Source of the DNA: an uncultured Gammaproteobacteria bacterium
GTDB taxonomy: Bacteria; Patescibacteriota; Microgenomatia; Levybacterales; UBA12049
Reading direction: 5' to 3'
Length of the DNA stretch: 64,000 nucleotides
Assembly: GCA_964507055.1 (NCBI GenBank)
Contig: CAZDOJ010000002.1
Coordinates: 687 to 64,686, forward strand
A program made the translations under genes and the position numbers. Under the pieces are notes generated by a model. It searched no databases and was not told where the DNA came from. It was given only the letters and a program-made list of their open reading frames with translations. Of the stretch, positions 53,938 through 64,000 are shown one piece after another. Numbering within the stretch: the stretch's first letter is position 1; every line of letters starts with the position of its first letter.

Positions 53938-56643
53938 TTACTTGCTTTCTCGAAAAGCTGGGATTGCGTCGAGGGCTATTCTCATTAATTGGAATGCAAA
54001 ATAAAGCCAGATGCTTGCAAGGATCATAAAAATCCAATCATTTGTTTGAAGAGGTACGATACCAAAGAGGGTATTAAAGAATGGCGTGTAGACAATAACA
54101 AGTTGTAATGCCATTGTTGCCACGATAGAGATGAGTAACCATTTATTTGAGAAGAAGGAAACTTTGTATCCTGATCGAATTAAATAAATACTAACCAATT
54201 CAAATACAACCAAACTTGTAAAGGCGGCACTTTGTGCGGCCTGCATACCATTTGCGAGATTAAGCATGTATGAACCGAGGACAAAAACACTTAAGAAAAT
54301 ACCAAAGATTATCATTTCTACCCACAATCGTGTGCTGACAATTTGAGTTTGGAAGACACGAGGGGAGTATCTCATGATTCCTTTTTCAGCCGGATCAAGT
54401 CCAAGAGCGACAGCAGGGATACCATCAGTGACAACATTAATCCAAAGCAGCATTGTTGCTGTCAGTACAAGGTCCTGCAAAATGATGACGCCAAAGAAAA
54501 CGATTAATACTTCAGCCAAGTTACAAGAGAGAAGATAGATAACGAATTTACGAATGTTATGGAAGATACCACGACCTTCTTCAATTGCATTAATAATTGT
54601 TGAGAATTTATCATCCAAAAGAACCATGTCCGATGCTTCTTTGGCTACATCGGTTCCTGTGATACCCATTGCAATACCAATATCTGCTTTCTTCAATGCT
54701 GGAGCGTCATTAACGCCATCTCCGGTCATTGCTACGATATGTCCATTCTTTTGAAGGGCTGCGACAATTCGGAGTTTAGTATCTGGATTGACCCGTGCAT
54801 AGACGCTAATTGTTTCAACGGCTTTTGCCAAGGCTTTATCATCCATTCTGCTCAATGCATCACCGGTTAGTGCATCACCTTTGATACCTATTTCCCCAGC
54901 AATTGCTTTTGCTGTTTCGGGATGATCACCAGTGATCATAATGACACGGATACCGGATTCATTGCATTGTGCGATAAGTGGAGTAACTTCAGTTCGTGGG
55001 GGATCGATCATCGCTTGAATACCTAAAAAGGTGAGTCCTTTTTCAAGTTGTTTTTCATCAGATTTGAGTTTTTCAAATTCTGCTTTGGTCATTACTTTAT
55101 ATGCGAATCCTAAATTACGAAGTGCAGCAGTAGAAAGTTTATGGTTGATATCCAGAATATCTTTTTTATCTTTTGTAACAATTGGATCTTCTTTCGAAGT
55201 TTGCATGATGCGATAGCAGTGATCGAGGATTACCTCCGGTGCACCCTTTGCGTACAGAACATACTTATCGTCTTTCTTCACAACGACTGACATCATTTTC
55301 CGTTCACTACTGAAAGGAATTTCGATGACTCGTTCTGCTGCAATTTTATCCAAGTTTGCTTTTGCAGCACTTACTATCAACGCAGCTTCCGTAGGATCAC
55401 CAAGTACTTTGCCATCGTTAATTTTGGCATTATTACAATAGACCCCAGCCTCAAGCATGACGTTAAATGGATACTTGGTAATTTCTTTTCCTTCATCTGT
55501 AAATTTACCTTCTGTCGCATATCCTGTTCCAGTGACTTCATATAAATGATTTGCATAGTAGACTTTAGTCACTGTCATTTCACCTTTTGTGAGCGTTCCT
55601 GTTTTATCAGAACAGATAGTATCTGTTGATCCAAGTGTTTCGACAGAATTTAATTTGCGGACCAATGCATTCTTCTTCAGCATACGTTGTGTACCAAGTG
55701 CCAAAGAAATGGTCACAACTGCAGGGAGTCCTTCAGGGATTGCCGCGACAGCCAAAGCTACTGCAGCAATGAACGAATGAATGACTCGTTGCATCAATGG
55801 TTGATCAACAAATTCCTTTGCAAAGAACATAATAAAAACAAAAACAACTGCACAAATGCCCAAGATTACATAGCCAATCATTTTGCCAATTTCATCCAAA
55901 CGCTTCTGAATTGGTGTTTCTTCATCTTCAGTTTCAGCGACACTTTGTGCAATTTTACCAATTTCTGTAAGATCACCGGTTCGGACAACAATACCAACTG
56001 CTCGGCCTGAAGCAATTGCTGTCCCTGAAAAGGCCATATTTTTTTGATCGCCAAGTTGCTTATTGCCTTCAAGATCTGCTGGATTTTTACTTGCTGGGAC
56101 GGATTCTCCTGTCAATGATGCTTCATTGACACTTAAACTGTAGACTTCAAGGAGTCTCATATCAGCTGGGATCTTCGTTCCTTCTTCCAATATGACAATG
56201 TCCCCAGGGACCAATTCAGCTACGGGAATTTCTTTCTCTTTCCCATTACGGCGGACTTTGGCATTAAACGCCAATAGTTTTTTGAGTGATTCAATAGCTT
56301 TTTCAGCCTTATACTCCTGAATAAAGCCGAGGATCGTGATCATAAAGACGATTGCTAAAATAAGTCCAGCTTCAATTAGATCTGACTGATCTTTCTCACC
56401 AAAGTTGTAGATGAACAAAATGAGAAATGCAGCAATGATTAAAATAATAGTTAGTGTATTTTTGAATTGACTGAAGTACATGCTCCATGGAGAGATTTTC
56501 TTTTTAACTGTGAGAGCATTTCGACCATATGTTTCTAAACGCTTTGCTGCTTCAGCATCTGAAAGGCCATCATTACTTGTTTGGAGTTTCGAGAATATAT
56601 CAGCTTTTGATAATGAATAATAAGACAATTTTTCTTCGGACAT
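53938..56643 (-). CDS. Cation-transporting P-type ATPase (type IIA, Ca2+-ATPase-like).
   Basis: DKTGTLT phosphorylation site, [16 protein letters not shown] hinge, N-terminal cation-ATPase-N domain, 10 TM helices. 901 aa. Confidence 0.85.
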   Translation of the reverse strand: MSEEKLSYYSLSKADIFSKLQTSNDGLSDAEAAKRLETYGRNALTVKKKISPWSMYFSQFKNTLTIILIIAAFLILFIYNFGEKDQSDLIEAGLILAIVFMITILGFIQEYKAEKAIESLKKLLAFNAKVRRNGKEKEIPVAELVPGDIVILEEGTKIPADMRLLEVYSLSVNEASLTGESVPASKNPADLEGNKQLGDQKNMAFSGTAIASGRAVGIVVRTGDLTEIGKIAQSVAETEDEETPIQKRLDEIGKMIGYVILGICAVVFVFIMFFAKEFVDQPLMQRVIHSFIAAVALAVAAIPEGLPAVVTISLALGTQRMLKKNALVRKLNSVETLGSTDTICSDKTGTLTKGEMTVTKVYYANHLYEVTGTGYATEGKFTDEGKEITKYPFNVMLEAGVYCNNAKINDGKVLGDPTEAALIVSAAKANLDKIAAERVIEIPFSSERKMMSVVVKKDDKYVLYAKGAPEVILDHCYRIMQTSKEDPIVTKDKKDILDINHKLSTAALRNLGFAYKVMTKAEFEKLKSDEKQLEKGLTFLGIQAMIDPPRTEVTPLIAQCNESGIRVIMITGDHPETAKAIAGEIGIKGDALTGDALSRMDDKALAKAVETISVYARVNPDTKLRIVAALQKNGHIVAMTGDGVNDAPALKKADIGIAMGITGTDVAKEASDMVLLDDKFSTIINAIEEGRGIFHNIRKFVIYLLSCNLAEVLIVFFGVIILQDLVLTATMLLWINVVTDGIPAVALGLDPAEKGIMRYSPRVFQTQIVSTRLWVEMIIFGIFLSVFVLGSYMLNLANGMQAAQSAAFTSLVVFELVSIYLIRSGYKVSFFSNKWLLISIVATMALQLVIVYTPFFNTLFGIVPLQTNDWIFMILASIWLYFAFQLMRIALDAIPAFRESK

Positions 56644-56880
56644 TACATTAACTATAAAAGAAAACTTCAGCTATTGACAATACCTCAGAATTTATTTTAC
56701 CATAGATATATGGCAATATTCGGATTATTCAGTAGTGATAAAAAAGCTCCTAAAAAGGAAGCTGCAAAGAAGCTTGCAAGTAAAGTTTCAAAAGCAAAAA
56801 AAGGCAAAAAGAAAGCTAAAGGCTGCGAATTCTGCTAATTTTACTCTCTCCATGATGCACTTGTTGTTTTATTTTATCGA

Positions 56881-57444
56881 TTATTTCAGGATTATTACTG
56901 TGGCAATAGAGAAGTAGATCAACAAACTCAATAAGTCTTGCAATACTGTTGTAAAAGGACCAGAACCCACAGCAGGATCTTTATGTTCTTTCCGAATTAA
57001 CTCGGGAATTATTAATGCAAGCACAGGTGCTGTTGCCATTGTCGCAAACATCGCCAAACCAATTGTGAGACTTGTATCAACAACTCCAAACCAGATATAT
57101 GAAACTAGCCCGATAATTGCTCCAAATAAAAGTCCTAAAAGAACTCCTAAAAGTAATTCCTTAAATATATACTTACGGAAAAGCTCTTTACGCTTTCCCA
57201 TATTTCGGACATACACGGTTTGGGTTTGTGTACCTATTGCATCTGCCATGTATACAATGATTGGGATGAAGAAAGCTAGTTGAATATTCTTTGAAATAAG
57301 TTCTTCGAAATGTGCAGAAAGAATTGTCGCGACGATACCACCAATCAATCCTATTACAAGCCAAGGAAGGCGATGCTCGATGAGCAGCACTTCTTTTTCT
57401 TTTGCGTCATCCTCAAATTCTGATTCTTTTACGGAATTTGCCAT
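56881..57444 (-). CDS. MgtE-like divalent-cation transporter, transmembrane domain only.
   Basis: DPAVGSGPFTTVLQDLLSLLIYFSIA resembles the MgtE TM-domain signature. 187 aa, with no CBS or N-terminal domain. Confidence 0.45.
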   Translation of the reverse strand: MANSVKESEFEDDAKEKEVLLIEHRLPWLVIGLIGGIVATILSAHFEELISKNIQLAFFIPIIVYMADAIGTQTQTVYVRNMGKRKELFRKYIFKELLLGVLLGLLFGAIIGLVSYIWFGVVDTSLTIGLAMFATMATAPVLALIIPELIRKEHKDPAVGSGPFTTVLQDLLSLLIYFSIATVIILK

Positions 57445-57502
57445 AATTAATTTGTAGCATATTTCATTTGCTACATGCTAGGGCATTCTTTATAATAGAG
57501 AG

Positions 57503-58198
57503 ATGCCCGCGAGACAAATATACTTATTAGTAGGATCATTCTTCTTTATTCAATTTGTACTCTTTTCTTATTTGGTCCACGAAAATTTATTTACGACATT
57601 TGACTTCAATACAACAGTACGATTGCAGGATAAAATAGGAATGAATTGGACAAATGAATTCTCTTTTTTGAGTGAAGTAGGGAAGTTTGAAATAACTACA
57701 GTAGTTCTTATCGTAATACTTCTTTTAACAAGAAAAGTTATGGCAGGTCTTATTGCCTTTAGTTTATATGTAGGGTTTCACGTTATTGAAGTTTTTGGTA
57801 AGTTCTTTGTCGATCATCCACCACCACCAGAATTTATGTTGCGTACGGAACAACTTTTTAATATGCCTCAATTTCATGTGCGGTCAGAGTTCTCGTATCC
57901 GTCTGGACATTCCGGAAGAACAATTTTTATTTCAATAATTCTGGTAACATTACTTTGGCAAAGTAAACGATTGCCACTTCTTATCAAGCTAATCTTGTCA
58001 GGACTGATTGTCGGTTTTGATATTGCAATGTTAGTTTCTCGGGTAACATTGGGTGAACATTGGACAACAGATGTTATTGGTGGGTCACTCTTGGGAGCAT
58101 CATTAGCCTTTATTGCAGGAATGTTTTTTGTGAATGCGAAATGGAATAAGAAATCATTTTTGCCTAAATATAGACTCGAATTAAAGAAGGTCGAATAA
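57503..58198 (+). CDS. PAP2-family phosphatase (membrane).
   Basis: SYPSGHS and SRVTLGEHWTTDVIGG (PAP2 motifs 2 and 3). Confidence 0.65.
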   Translation: MPARQIYLLVGSFFFIQFVLFSYLVHENLFTTFDFNTTVRLQDKIGMNWTNEFSFLSEVGKFEITTVVLIVILLLTRKVMAGLIAFSLYVGFHVIEVFGKFFVDHPPPPEFMLRTEQLFNMPQFHVRSEFSYPSGHSGRTIFISIILVTLLWQSKRLPLLIKLILSGLIVGFDIAMLVSRVTLGEHWTTDVIGGSLLGASLAFIAGMFFVNAKWNKKSFLPKYRLELKKVE

Positions 58199-58888
58199 TT
58201 ATTTCGTAAAAGCAAAGGTTTTCAGTACTTCCTCAATTTGTTCTCTGTCATCAAATCCGCTCGCAAAGATTACTAATGCATTGGTTGTTTCAACCATCGT
58301 TCCAAGCTCAGGTTCTTGATTATCGGGATTTGGGGATGGTACAGATGTATAATCAATTGCCCGAAGTCCATTAACTTCTCTGTTGCGTATTTTTGTAAAA
58401 CTTTCAGCTCCATTATCTTGTCCAAAGGGACTTTTAATGGTCTTTGAAGATTTATCGGCCATAGTATAGTACGAATCGAAGTCTTGTCCAATTGCTTTTG
58501 CGATTGTTTTTGGCACTGTTAATATTTGCACATCGGGTGCATAAGCGGGGTCATTGTTGTCATCGCTCCGTAGTTCGACAGTATTTACTCCAAATCCATA
58601 GGAAGATTCTTTTATCGTGAGTTCTTCCGGGTAGTTGAGCGAATATTTTTGTTCTGTATTCTGATAGGTTTTAAATCCACTTGGTGCTGGAACAGCTGTT
58701 GGTGTTACTGTAGTAGTTGAAGGAACCGATGCTGGTGTTTTGATAACGGTAGTTTTTATAAAGTAAACAATGAAAAAACCAACGATAGCAATTGCTACAT
58801 AAATTAAAACTATAGCTGCTACCGCTAGATATTTTTTTCGTCGAGTCATGCACTTATTGTAGCAGAGAATATCTCTTCTTTCATTCAT
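58199..58888 (-). CDS. Hypothetical membrane-anchored protein.
   Basis: N-terminal TM plus Thr/Pro linker. Confidence 0.3.
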   Translation of the reverse strand: MNERRDILCYNKCMTRRKKYLAVAAIVLIYVAIAIVGFFIVYFIKTTVIKTPASVPSTTTVTPTAVPAPSGFKTYQNTEQKYSLNYPEELTIKESSYGFGVNTVELRSDDNNDPAYAPDVQILTVPKTIAKAIGQDFDSYYTMADKSSKTIKSPFGQDNGAESFTKIRNREVNGLRAIDYTSVPSPNPDNQEPELGTMVETTNALVIFASGFDDREQIEEVLKTFAFTK

Positions 58889-58921
58889 TTTATTGCAGAC
58901 AAATGGGGACTACAATGATAA

Positions 58922-59884
58922 CTATATCTTTGTTACTTTTACCTCTTGAGTGACTCTTGTGTCAGGAGTAGTATTAATTTCGTATTCAATGGTTGTAGCA
59001 TCTTTCCAACCTTTTACCAAACCTCGAGCTGGTAGTAATTCCATTCTTTCAGTCCCTAAATCAATTGCAACAATAAATGTTGCTGCATCAATCGGTCCAG
59101 TATTAAATGTATTTCCATAACTAAGAGCAACTTTTCTTCCATCAGGAGATGGCATCATCTGACTTATTGTCGCGGTTTTTTGTATTTGAAGTGCCGGCAA
59201 TGTGCGTTTGATATCAGCCAATGTAATATCTTTTACAACTTTTTTCTGTGGTATGGAATAGATGATGACATTTTGGTAATCAGTTTTACTGCCGCCTGCG
59301 AATATTACTTGAGAGAAATCCTTTGAAAAGAATGCAGAGTCTCCATATGCAGAATCATATGTATATCCAATAACTCTTACCTCGGTTGTCCGTGCATTAA
59401 CCAATTGTACTTCATTAAGCAAATCCCAGTCTTCACGCTTAAACAAACGTATTCTTAGGTCATTTTGCTTACCATTTGCTGTAAAAAACGGTCCAGGAAG
59501 GGGAGTTGGAGTAGGCGTTACAGGTTTTGTTGGCAAAAGTGAATTAATATCAACTGTTGGTTCAGGGATATATTCATATTGAGGAGTTGCTCCTCCAATT
59601 GGTGTGGGTGTTCGATACGGCTTTGTCGTAATCATTCCTGAACCTCCGGTTATTTGAGCATCTGCTTCATTTGTTGGGATTGGTGTCCCTTGTTCATTAA
59701 CGACCACTGAATTTTGTGGAGTGAGCGTTCCGTTTTTATGGGTACCTGGAGCAAAGAATCCGGCAATAAGTGCTGCAACCACTGCTACAGCTAAGCCTCC
59801 CAGTGAAATAAAAAGTATTTTCTTTTTTTTTGATCCGCCAGTATCTGATGTGGGGAACTCAGATTGTTGATTGAATAATGCCAT
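58922..59884 (-). CDS. Hypothetical membrane-anchored protein.
   Basis: N-terminal TM plus Pro/Thr-rich linker. Confidence 0.3.
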   Translation of the reverse strand: MALFNQQSEFPTSDTGGSKKKKILFISLGGLAVAVVAALIAGFFAPGTHKNGTLTPQNSVVVNEQGTPIPTNEADAQITGGSGMITTKPYRTPTPIGGATPQYEYIPEPTVDINSLLPTKPVTPTPTPLPGPFFTANGKQNDLRIRLFKREDWDLLNEVQLVNARTTEVRVIGYTYDSAYGDSAFFSKDFSQVIFAGGSKTDYQNVIIYSIPQKKVVKDITLADIKRTLPALQIQKTATISQMMPSPDGRKVALSYGNTFNTGPIDAATFIVAIDLGTERMELLPARGLVKGWKDATTIEYEINTTPDTRVTQEVKVTKI

Positions 59885-59971
59885 GTACTCTATAGTATTC
59901 CAGCTATCGCAAGATAATTCAAGTCAAAATGCTATTTACGATTCAAATGTGTTTCTGTACAATAGCGTTGC

Positions 59972-60544
59972 ATGGCAAAACTCTTTATTCCAATCCTTCT
60001 TGGTACAGTCCGTCAGAAACGTGAATCAATAAAAGCTGCAAAATTGGTAGAAAAAGTTGGAAAGACAATCAAAGATATTGAAGTAGAACTTGTTGATCCG
60101 AATGATTATCATTTTCCATATGATGGAAATGATCCTGAAGGGAAAGACCCGAGATACACAGCCTTAACGCAACGTGCCGACGCATTCTTTATCGTTACTC
60201 CCGAATATAATCATAGTTTTCCAGGTACTTTAAAAAGAATGCTTGATAGTGAATTGCAAAATTATATCCATAAACCTGTTGCTTTCGCAGGAGTTTCAAA
60301 TGGTATTTTTGGTGGAGCACGTGCAATTGAATCACTGGTAAATGCAGTTCGTGAAATGGGGATGGTTGCAACTTTTGCTGATGTGTACTTTCCGCAAGTA
60401 CAAAATTTATTTGATGAAAAAGGTGAGATTATTGATGAAGGTTATATTCGTCGAATAGAGCATGGATATAAAGAACTTATCTGGATGGCAAAATCTTTAC
60501 AATGGGGGAGAGAGCATGTAGAAAGTATTTATCACAAAAAATAG
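59972..60544 (+). CDS. NADPH-dependent FMN reductase family flavoprotein.
   Basis: FIVTPEYNHSFPGTLKRMLD (PF03358 motif). Confidence 0.65.
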   Translation: MAKLFIPILLGTVRQKRESIKAAKLVEKVGKTIKDIEVELVDPNDYHFPYDGNDPEGKDPRYTALTQRADAFFIVTPEYNHSFPGTLKRMLDSELQNYIHKPVAFAGVSNGIFGGARAIESLVNAVREMGMVATFADVYFPQVQNLFDEKGEIIDEGYIRRIEHGYKELIWMAKSLQWGREHVESIYHKK

Positions 60545-60546
60545 TA

Positions 60547-61698
60547 CTAGTTTACTGGCAAAGAGAATGCAAATGTTGATCCTTTCCCTAAAATACTTTT
60601 AACCCAAATCTTTCCACCATGTTGTTTAATAATTTCAGAAACAAGGTACAAACCTAATCCCAAACCTTCTATCTTATTTTCAGTTTTTCCTTTCACTCTA
60701 AAGAATCTTTCAAATACTTTCTTTTGCTCTTCTTTTGATATTCCAAAACCAAAATCCTTCACACTTATAATAACTTCTTTTGGCTTTTGAATCATTTTAA
60801 TAACTACTTTATTCCCATGGGGAGAGTACTTAATCGCATTGATAATAAGATTGATAAGAACTTCATGAATACGTTCTTTGTCAGCTGGAATTTCTTTTTC
60901 AATCTCACCTTTGATAAGTAGGTCATGCGTTGATGTCGTATATTGAAATGCTTCGACTACTTCATGAACCAATTTAGAAATATTTACTTGTTGTTTATGG
61001 ATTTCGATTTTACCAGTTTGTGCTTTGTAAACATTTGCGAAAGAGTTTAATAGTCCTGTAAGTCTCTCCATTTGATTGGCAATTTTTGCTAGAAGAAATT
61101 GCGATTTTTTATCACCAGTTTTTGCGTGGTATCCTTGCATAATCTGAATAAAAGCTGTGACCGTTGTTATTGGAGTTTTCAACTCATGTGTTACATATCC
61201 GATGAAATCATCTTTTTGTTGTTCAATAAGTTTTCTTTTTGTTATATCTTCGATTTCAAGTAATATAAACTCAGTTGCGAGTTTACCCAATAAAATCCTT
61301 CTTGCATTAAGTACTAAAGTTCGTACCCCAACTTTCTCAAATCTATATGAAATCTCGACTTCATCAAAAGACGTATTCTTTGTCGAGAGTTCTTTTAGTT
61401 TTTCAACCAAATCTTTTACTTCATGGTCTTGTGCAGCAATCTCAACAAGATTCGTCCCAAGAGTTTGTTTTTTCATTAATTTAAATGTCTTATAAAATGT
61501 TTTATTTGCTGATCTAATAGTGAGGGATTTATCGAGGATAAGAATTGGTTCATGCACCGCTTCTACAATTGCTTCAGCATAAGCGTATGGATCCATAGTA
61601 TCTAATACTTTGCTTGGTGGGGAGTTGGTTGTGGCAGTACGAAACAACAAGTTTTGCAACCCGGATAGTGACTTTCTCCTGAGCCTATTGCTTTTCAT
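60547..61698 (-). CDS. Sensor histidine kinase (PAS plus HisKA plus HATPase_c).
   Basis: H-box HELKTPIT. N, G1 and G2 boxes (GLGLGLYLV). Confidence 0.8.
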   Translation of the reverse strand: MKSNRLRRKSLSGLQNLLFRTATTNSPPSKVLDTMDPYAYAEAIVEAVHEPILILDKSLTIRSANKTFYKTFKLMKKQTLGTNLVEIAAQDHEVKDLVEKLKELSTKNTSFDEVEISYRFEKVGVRTLVLNARRILLGKLATEFILLEIEDITKRKLIEQQKDDFIGYVTHELKTPITTVTAFIQIMQGYHAKTGDKKSQFLLAKIANQMERLTGLLNSFANVYKAQTGKIEIHKQQVNISKLVHEVVEAFQYTTSTHDLLIKGEIEKEIPADKERIHEVLINLIINAIKYSPHGNKVVIKMIQKPKEVIISVKDFGFGISKEEQKKVFERFFRVKGKTENKIEGLGLGLYLVSEIIKQHGGKIWVKSILGKGSTFAFSLPVN

Positions 61699-61756
61699 AA
61701 TTCCGCCTAAGAATTAATCATGATATATCACAAAACAAGCGTAAATTCAATATGTA

Positions 61757-62545
61757 TTATGTAAAGAATATTGGTAAGAGTTGGGGGTGATGAAGGTAGA
61801 TAAGAGCGAGATAAAGGATCAAATCAGCCGTAAGATGGATGGCAATAACATACAAAAGTGATTCAGTCTTCTTAAAAACATAACCTTGAAGTAGTGCAAA
61901 GAGGAATATAATTACAAATATCCATCCCCGAAATCCTAGCTCAAAAAGAAATGATGTAAAAAGGATACTTTGTATAAGGTTCGCAATTGGAAAAGAGAGA
62001 TGCTTTCTTAGGATCCCCAAAACAGTATTTACGAAAAATAATTCATCCCAGATACCCAAGGCATTTGTTCCAAGAAAAAGGATGAAAAGGTTTATAGCAC
62101 CAAGTTCTACGGTCCAATTCAAATAAGATCCGGTTTCTCTCAACATAAAAGGGAAGAGCAAATATGAAATAACTGCTGTAAGTAAAATATATCCAATTTC
62201 AGTTTTTGTCCATTTACGTCTATGATGAAATGTGAATCTGACTAAATGATCTTTATATATATACCGTGAAATAGCGTAGGGAATAGCGATGGCAAGTGTT
62301 AAAAGTGCACCCATTTGTAATATATGCGAAATGCTTATATCTGTTGTGATAGGTGTTACACCAAGTAATGCCAAACTTATATAAACGAGTAGTAAGTCTT
62401 TACGTAATTGTCTGGTACAGAAAAAGAGAGTTAGAACTCCAGCAATAAATATGTACCATCCAAATGGTTTCATTTGTAATGCAATAAGACAAATTGCAGT
62501 AGTGGGAAGGAGAAGGAATGTTACTAGTTTAAAAACTTTTTGCAT
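61757..62545 (-). CDS. CPBP (CAAX protease / Abi) family intramembrane protease-like protein.
   Basis: Multi-TM. DELFFVN (degenerate EExxxR) and a later HLTADL motif. Confidence 0.4.
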   Translation of the reverse strand: MQKVFKLVTFLLLPTTAICLIALQMKPFGWYIFIAGVLTLFFCTRQLRKDLLLVYISLALLGVTPITTDISISHILQMGALLTLAIAIPYAISRYIYKDHLVRFTFHHRRKWTKTEIGYILLTAVISYLLFPFMLRETGSYLNWTVELGAINLFILFLGTNALGIWDELFFVNTVLGILRKHLSFPIANLIQSILFTSFLFELGFRGWIFVIIFLFALLQGYVFKKTESLLYVIAIHLTADLILYLALIYLHHPQLLPIFFT

Positions 62546-62548
62546 AGT

Positions 62549-64000
62549 TTATTCCCATTCCATTGTTGCGGGAGGTTTTGTCGTAATGTCATAAACAACT
62601 CTAGAAACATGCGGAACTTCGTTAACAATTCTTGATGCAATTGCTTGTAAAACGGTATAAGGAACATCAGCGACACTGGATGTCATAACGTCCACCGATT
62701 CATATGCTCTGATTGCTACTACTTCAGCAAATACTCTTGCATCACCTTTAACAGCAGTACTAAATGCACCAGACATGATCGCAAAGCACTGGAAAACGCG
62801 ATTGTAAATATCAGCATTCATAAATTCTTCAAGTACAATTTCATCAGCTATCTTCACTTGTTCCAGACGTTCCTTTGTAACTTCACCGCGAATCCTTACC
62901 GCATATCCTGGACCTGGGAAAGGATGAAGCATTATAACTTCCTCAGGTAATCCTGCAAGTCTTCCGATTTCTCGTACTTCATCTTTATAAAAGTTTCGTA
63001 CCGGTTCAAGTAATTTGAGTTTCATATTCTTTGGGAGTCCACCAACATTATGGTGTGATTTAATGTGTGATGCATGTTTGGAGCCTTTTGATTCTATAAC
63101 GTCGGAATATATTGTTCCTTGCCCAAGGAAGGCTGCTTCAGAATGTTTTTTTGCTACATTGTCAAAAATATCGACATACATTTTGCCAATGATTTTTCTT
63201 TTCTGTTCAGGATCTGTAATACCTTTTAATGCTTTGAGAAATTGTTTGCGTGCATCGATGATAACTAAATCAGATTTTACGAGTTTAGAAAAAATATATT
63301 TCACTCGTTCTTCTGTATCATTTCTCATCAAACCACTTTCGACATACACGGGTATGAGGTTCTTGCCAATAGCTTTTCCGATAAGGAATGCAGCAACAGT
63401 TGAATCAACACCTCCGGAAACAGCACAAATAACTTTTTGTCGCCCAACAGTTTCTTTAATTTCTTCAATGAGTTTTTTTGGATCAAGAGAAAGTATTTCC
63501 AAGGTTTCATTACAAATCATTGCAAAGTTTCGAAGGACTTCCAAACCGTTTTCTGTATGATGTACCTCTGGATGGAATTGCACGCCATAAAGTTTTTTTG
63601 CAGTGTTTTCAACAGCGGTAAATGCAACTGTTTTCGTGGATGCAGTTGCCTCAAAACCTTTTGGTAAAGTAATAACTGAATCCCCATGAGAGACATATAC
63701 TTGAAATGGTTTCTTGGGAAGTTTATCCAAAACACCAATTGCATTGTTGATTGTTATTTTTTCTGGACCATATTCTTTACTCGTGTTTTTGACTTTTCCA
63801 CCAAGTAGTTTTGCCATTATCTGCCAACCATAACAAATACCAAGAATAGGAAGATTTTGTTCAAAAATCTCTTTGGTTATCATTGGAGCATCTTTGTCAT
63901 ACACAGATGCTGGGCCACCAGAAAGGATAATGCCATTGGGTTTTAGCTTGATTGCTTGTTCTACTGCGTCTTCAGGATGGACATATTCTACTTTGACACC
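62549..64000 (-). CDS. guaA: GMP synthase (glutamine-hydrolysing). The N-terminus extends beyond the window end.
   Basis: PP-loop ICAVSGGVDSTVAA. C-terminal PPATMEWE. GATase motif GIILSGGPASV, read upstream of the annotated GTG. Confidence 0.85.
   Translation of the reverse strand, partial: GVKVEYVHPEDAVEQAIKLKPNGIILSGGPASVYDKDAPMITKEIFEQNLPILGICYGWQIMAKLLGGKVKNTSKEYGPEKITINNAIGVLDKLPKKPFQVYVSHGDSVITLPKGFEATASTKTVAFTAVENTAKKLYGVQFHPEVHHTENGLEVLRNFAMICNETLEILSLDPKKLIEEIKETVGRQKVICAVSGGVDSTVAAFLIGKAIGKNLIPVYVESGLMRNDTEERVKYIFSKLVKSDLVIIDARKQFLKALKGITDPEQKRKIIGKMYVDIFDNVAKKHSEAAFLGQGTIYSDVIESKGSKHASHIKSHHNVGGLPKNMKLKLLEPVRNFYKDEVREIGRLAGLPEEVIMLHPFPGPGYAVRIRGEVTKERLEQVKIADEIVLEEFMNADIYNRVFQCFAIMSGAFSTAVKGDARVFAEVVAIRAYESVDVMTSSVADVPYTVLQAIASRIVNEVPHVSRVVYDITTKPPATMEWE

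Noticed and set aside
1-64000. CRISPR array, integrase, transposase, prophage structural genes and alternative genetic code.
   Set aside because: No direct-repeat/spacer arrays and no recombinase or transposase motifs were recognised. All long ORFs terminate sensibly with standard stops, so there is no evidence for TGA or TAG reassignment.

Overview
This is a low-GC, gene-dense bacterial window. Its gene content points to a CPR/Patescibacteria-like monoderm organism: ribosomal proteins with long extensions, many secreted Pro/Thr-linker proteins, a sortase, PEGA and fasciclin proteins. This assignment is an inference.

From left to right the window contains:
- A 5'-truncated Gly-rich fibre-like repeat protein (1-2424).
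- A 2708-aa giant surface protein with an M23 peptidase domain and four DUF2341 plus LamG-like repeat units (2437-10563).
- tRNA-Arg(CCT) followed by a tRNA-like 3' fragment.
- A sortase, a PEGA/beta-propeller protein and mreB.
- A WecB/TagA-family glycosyltransferase.
- A short N-terminally truncated RHS repeat protein with a C-terminal toxin-like domain and a candidate immunity gene.
- A cell-envelope glycan locus: acyltransferase-3, a polytopic membrane protein and two GT4 glycosyltransferases.
- A histidine phosphatase, a DUF218 protein, a PL7-type polysaccharide lyase and a stand-alone excisionase-type HTH gene.
- A tandemly duplicated pair of a Cys- or Pro-rich secreted protein plus a fasciclin protein.
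- A secE-nusG-rplK-rplA ... rplJ-rplL ribosomal cluster.
- Housekeeping and transport genes: glmS, galU, an Lpd-like oxidoreductase, CcdA, a Ca-type P-type ATPase, an MgtE-like TM protein, PAP2, an FMN reductase, a histidine kinase, a CPBP protease and guaA (partial).

The most striking feature is an ~8.2 kb insertion between rplA and rplJ. It carries four secreted carbohydrate-active proteins: a clan GH-A/GH5-like domain, GH10, a DPBB-domain protein, and a beta-helix plus GH16 protein. All four share a near-identical ~140-aa internal cassette: paired Cys, a polybasic KKKHKKHKH tract, an amphipathic hydrophobic 17-mer and a P(L/A)PTDPG motif. The cassette is also conserved at nucleotide level. 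All four also share a conserved N-terminal leader ending in QQQDNRSKA. A 45-aa leader-only mini-ORF with the same motif sits next to the island.
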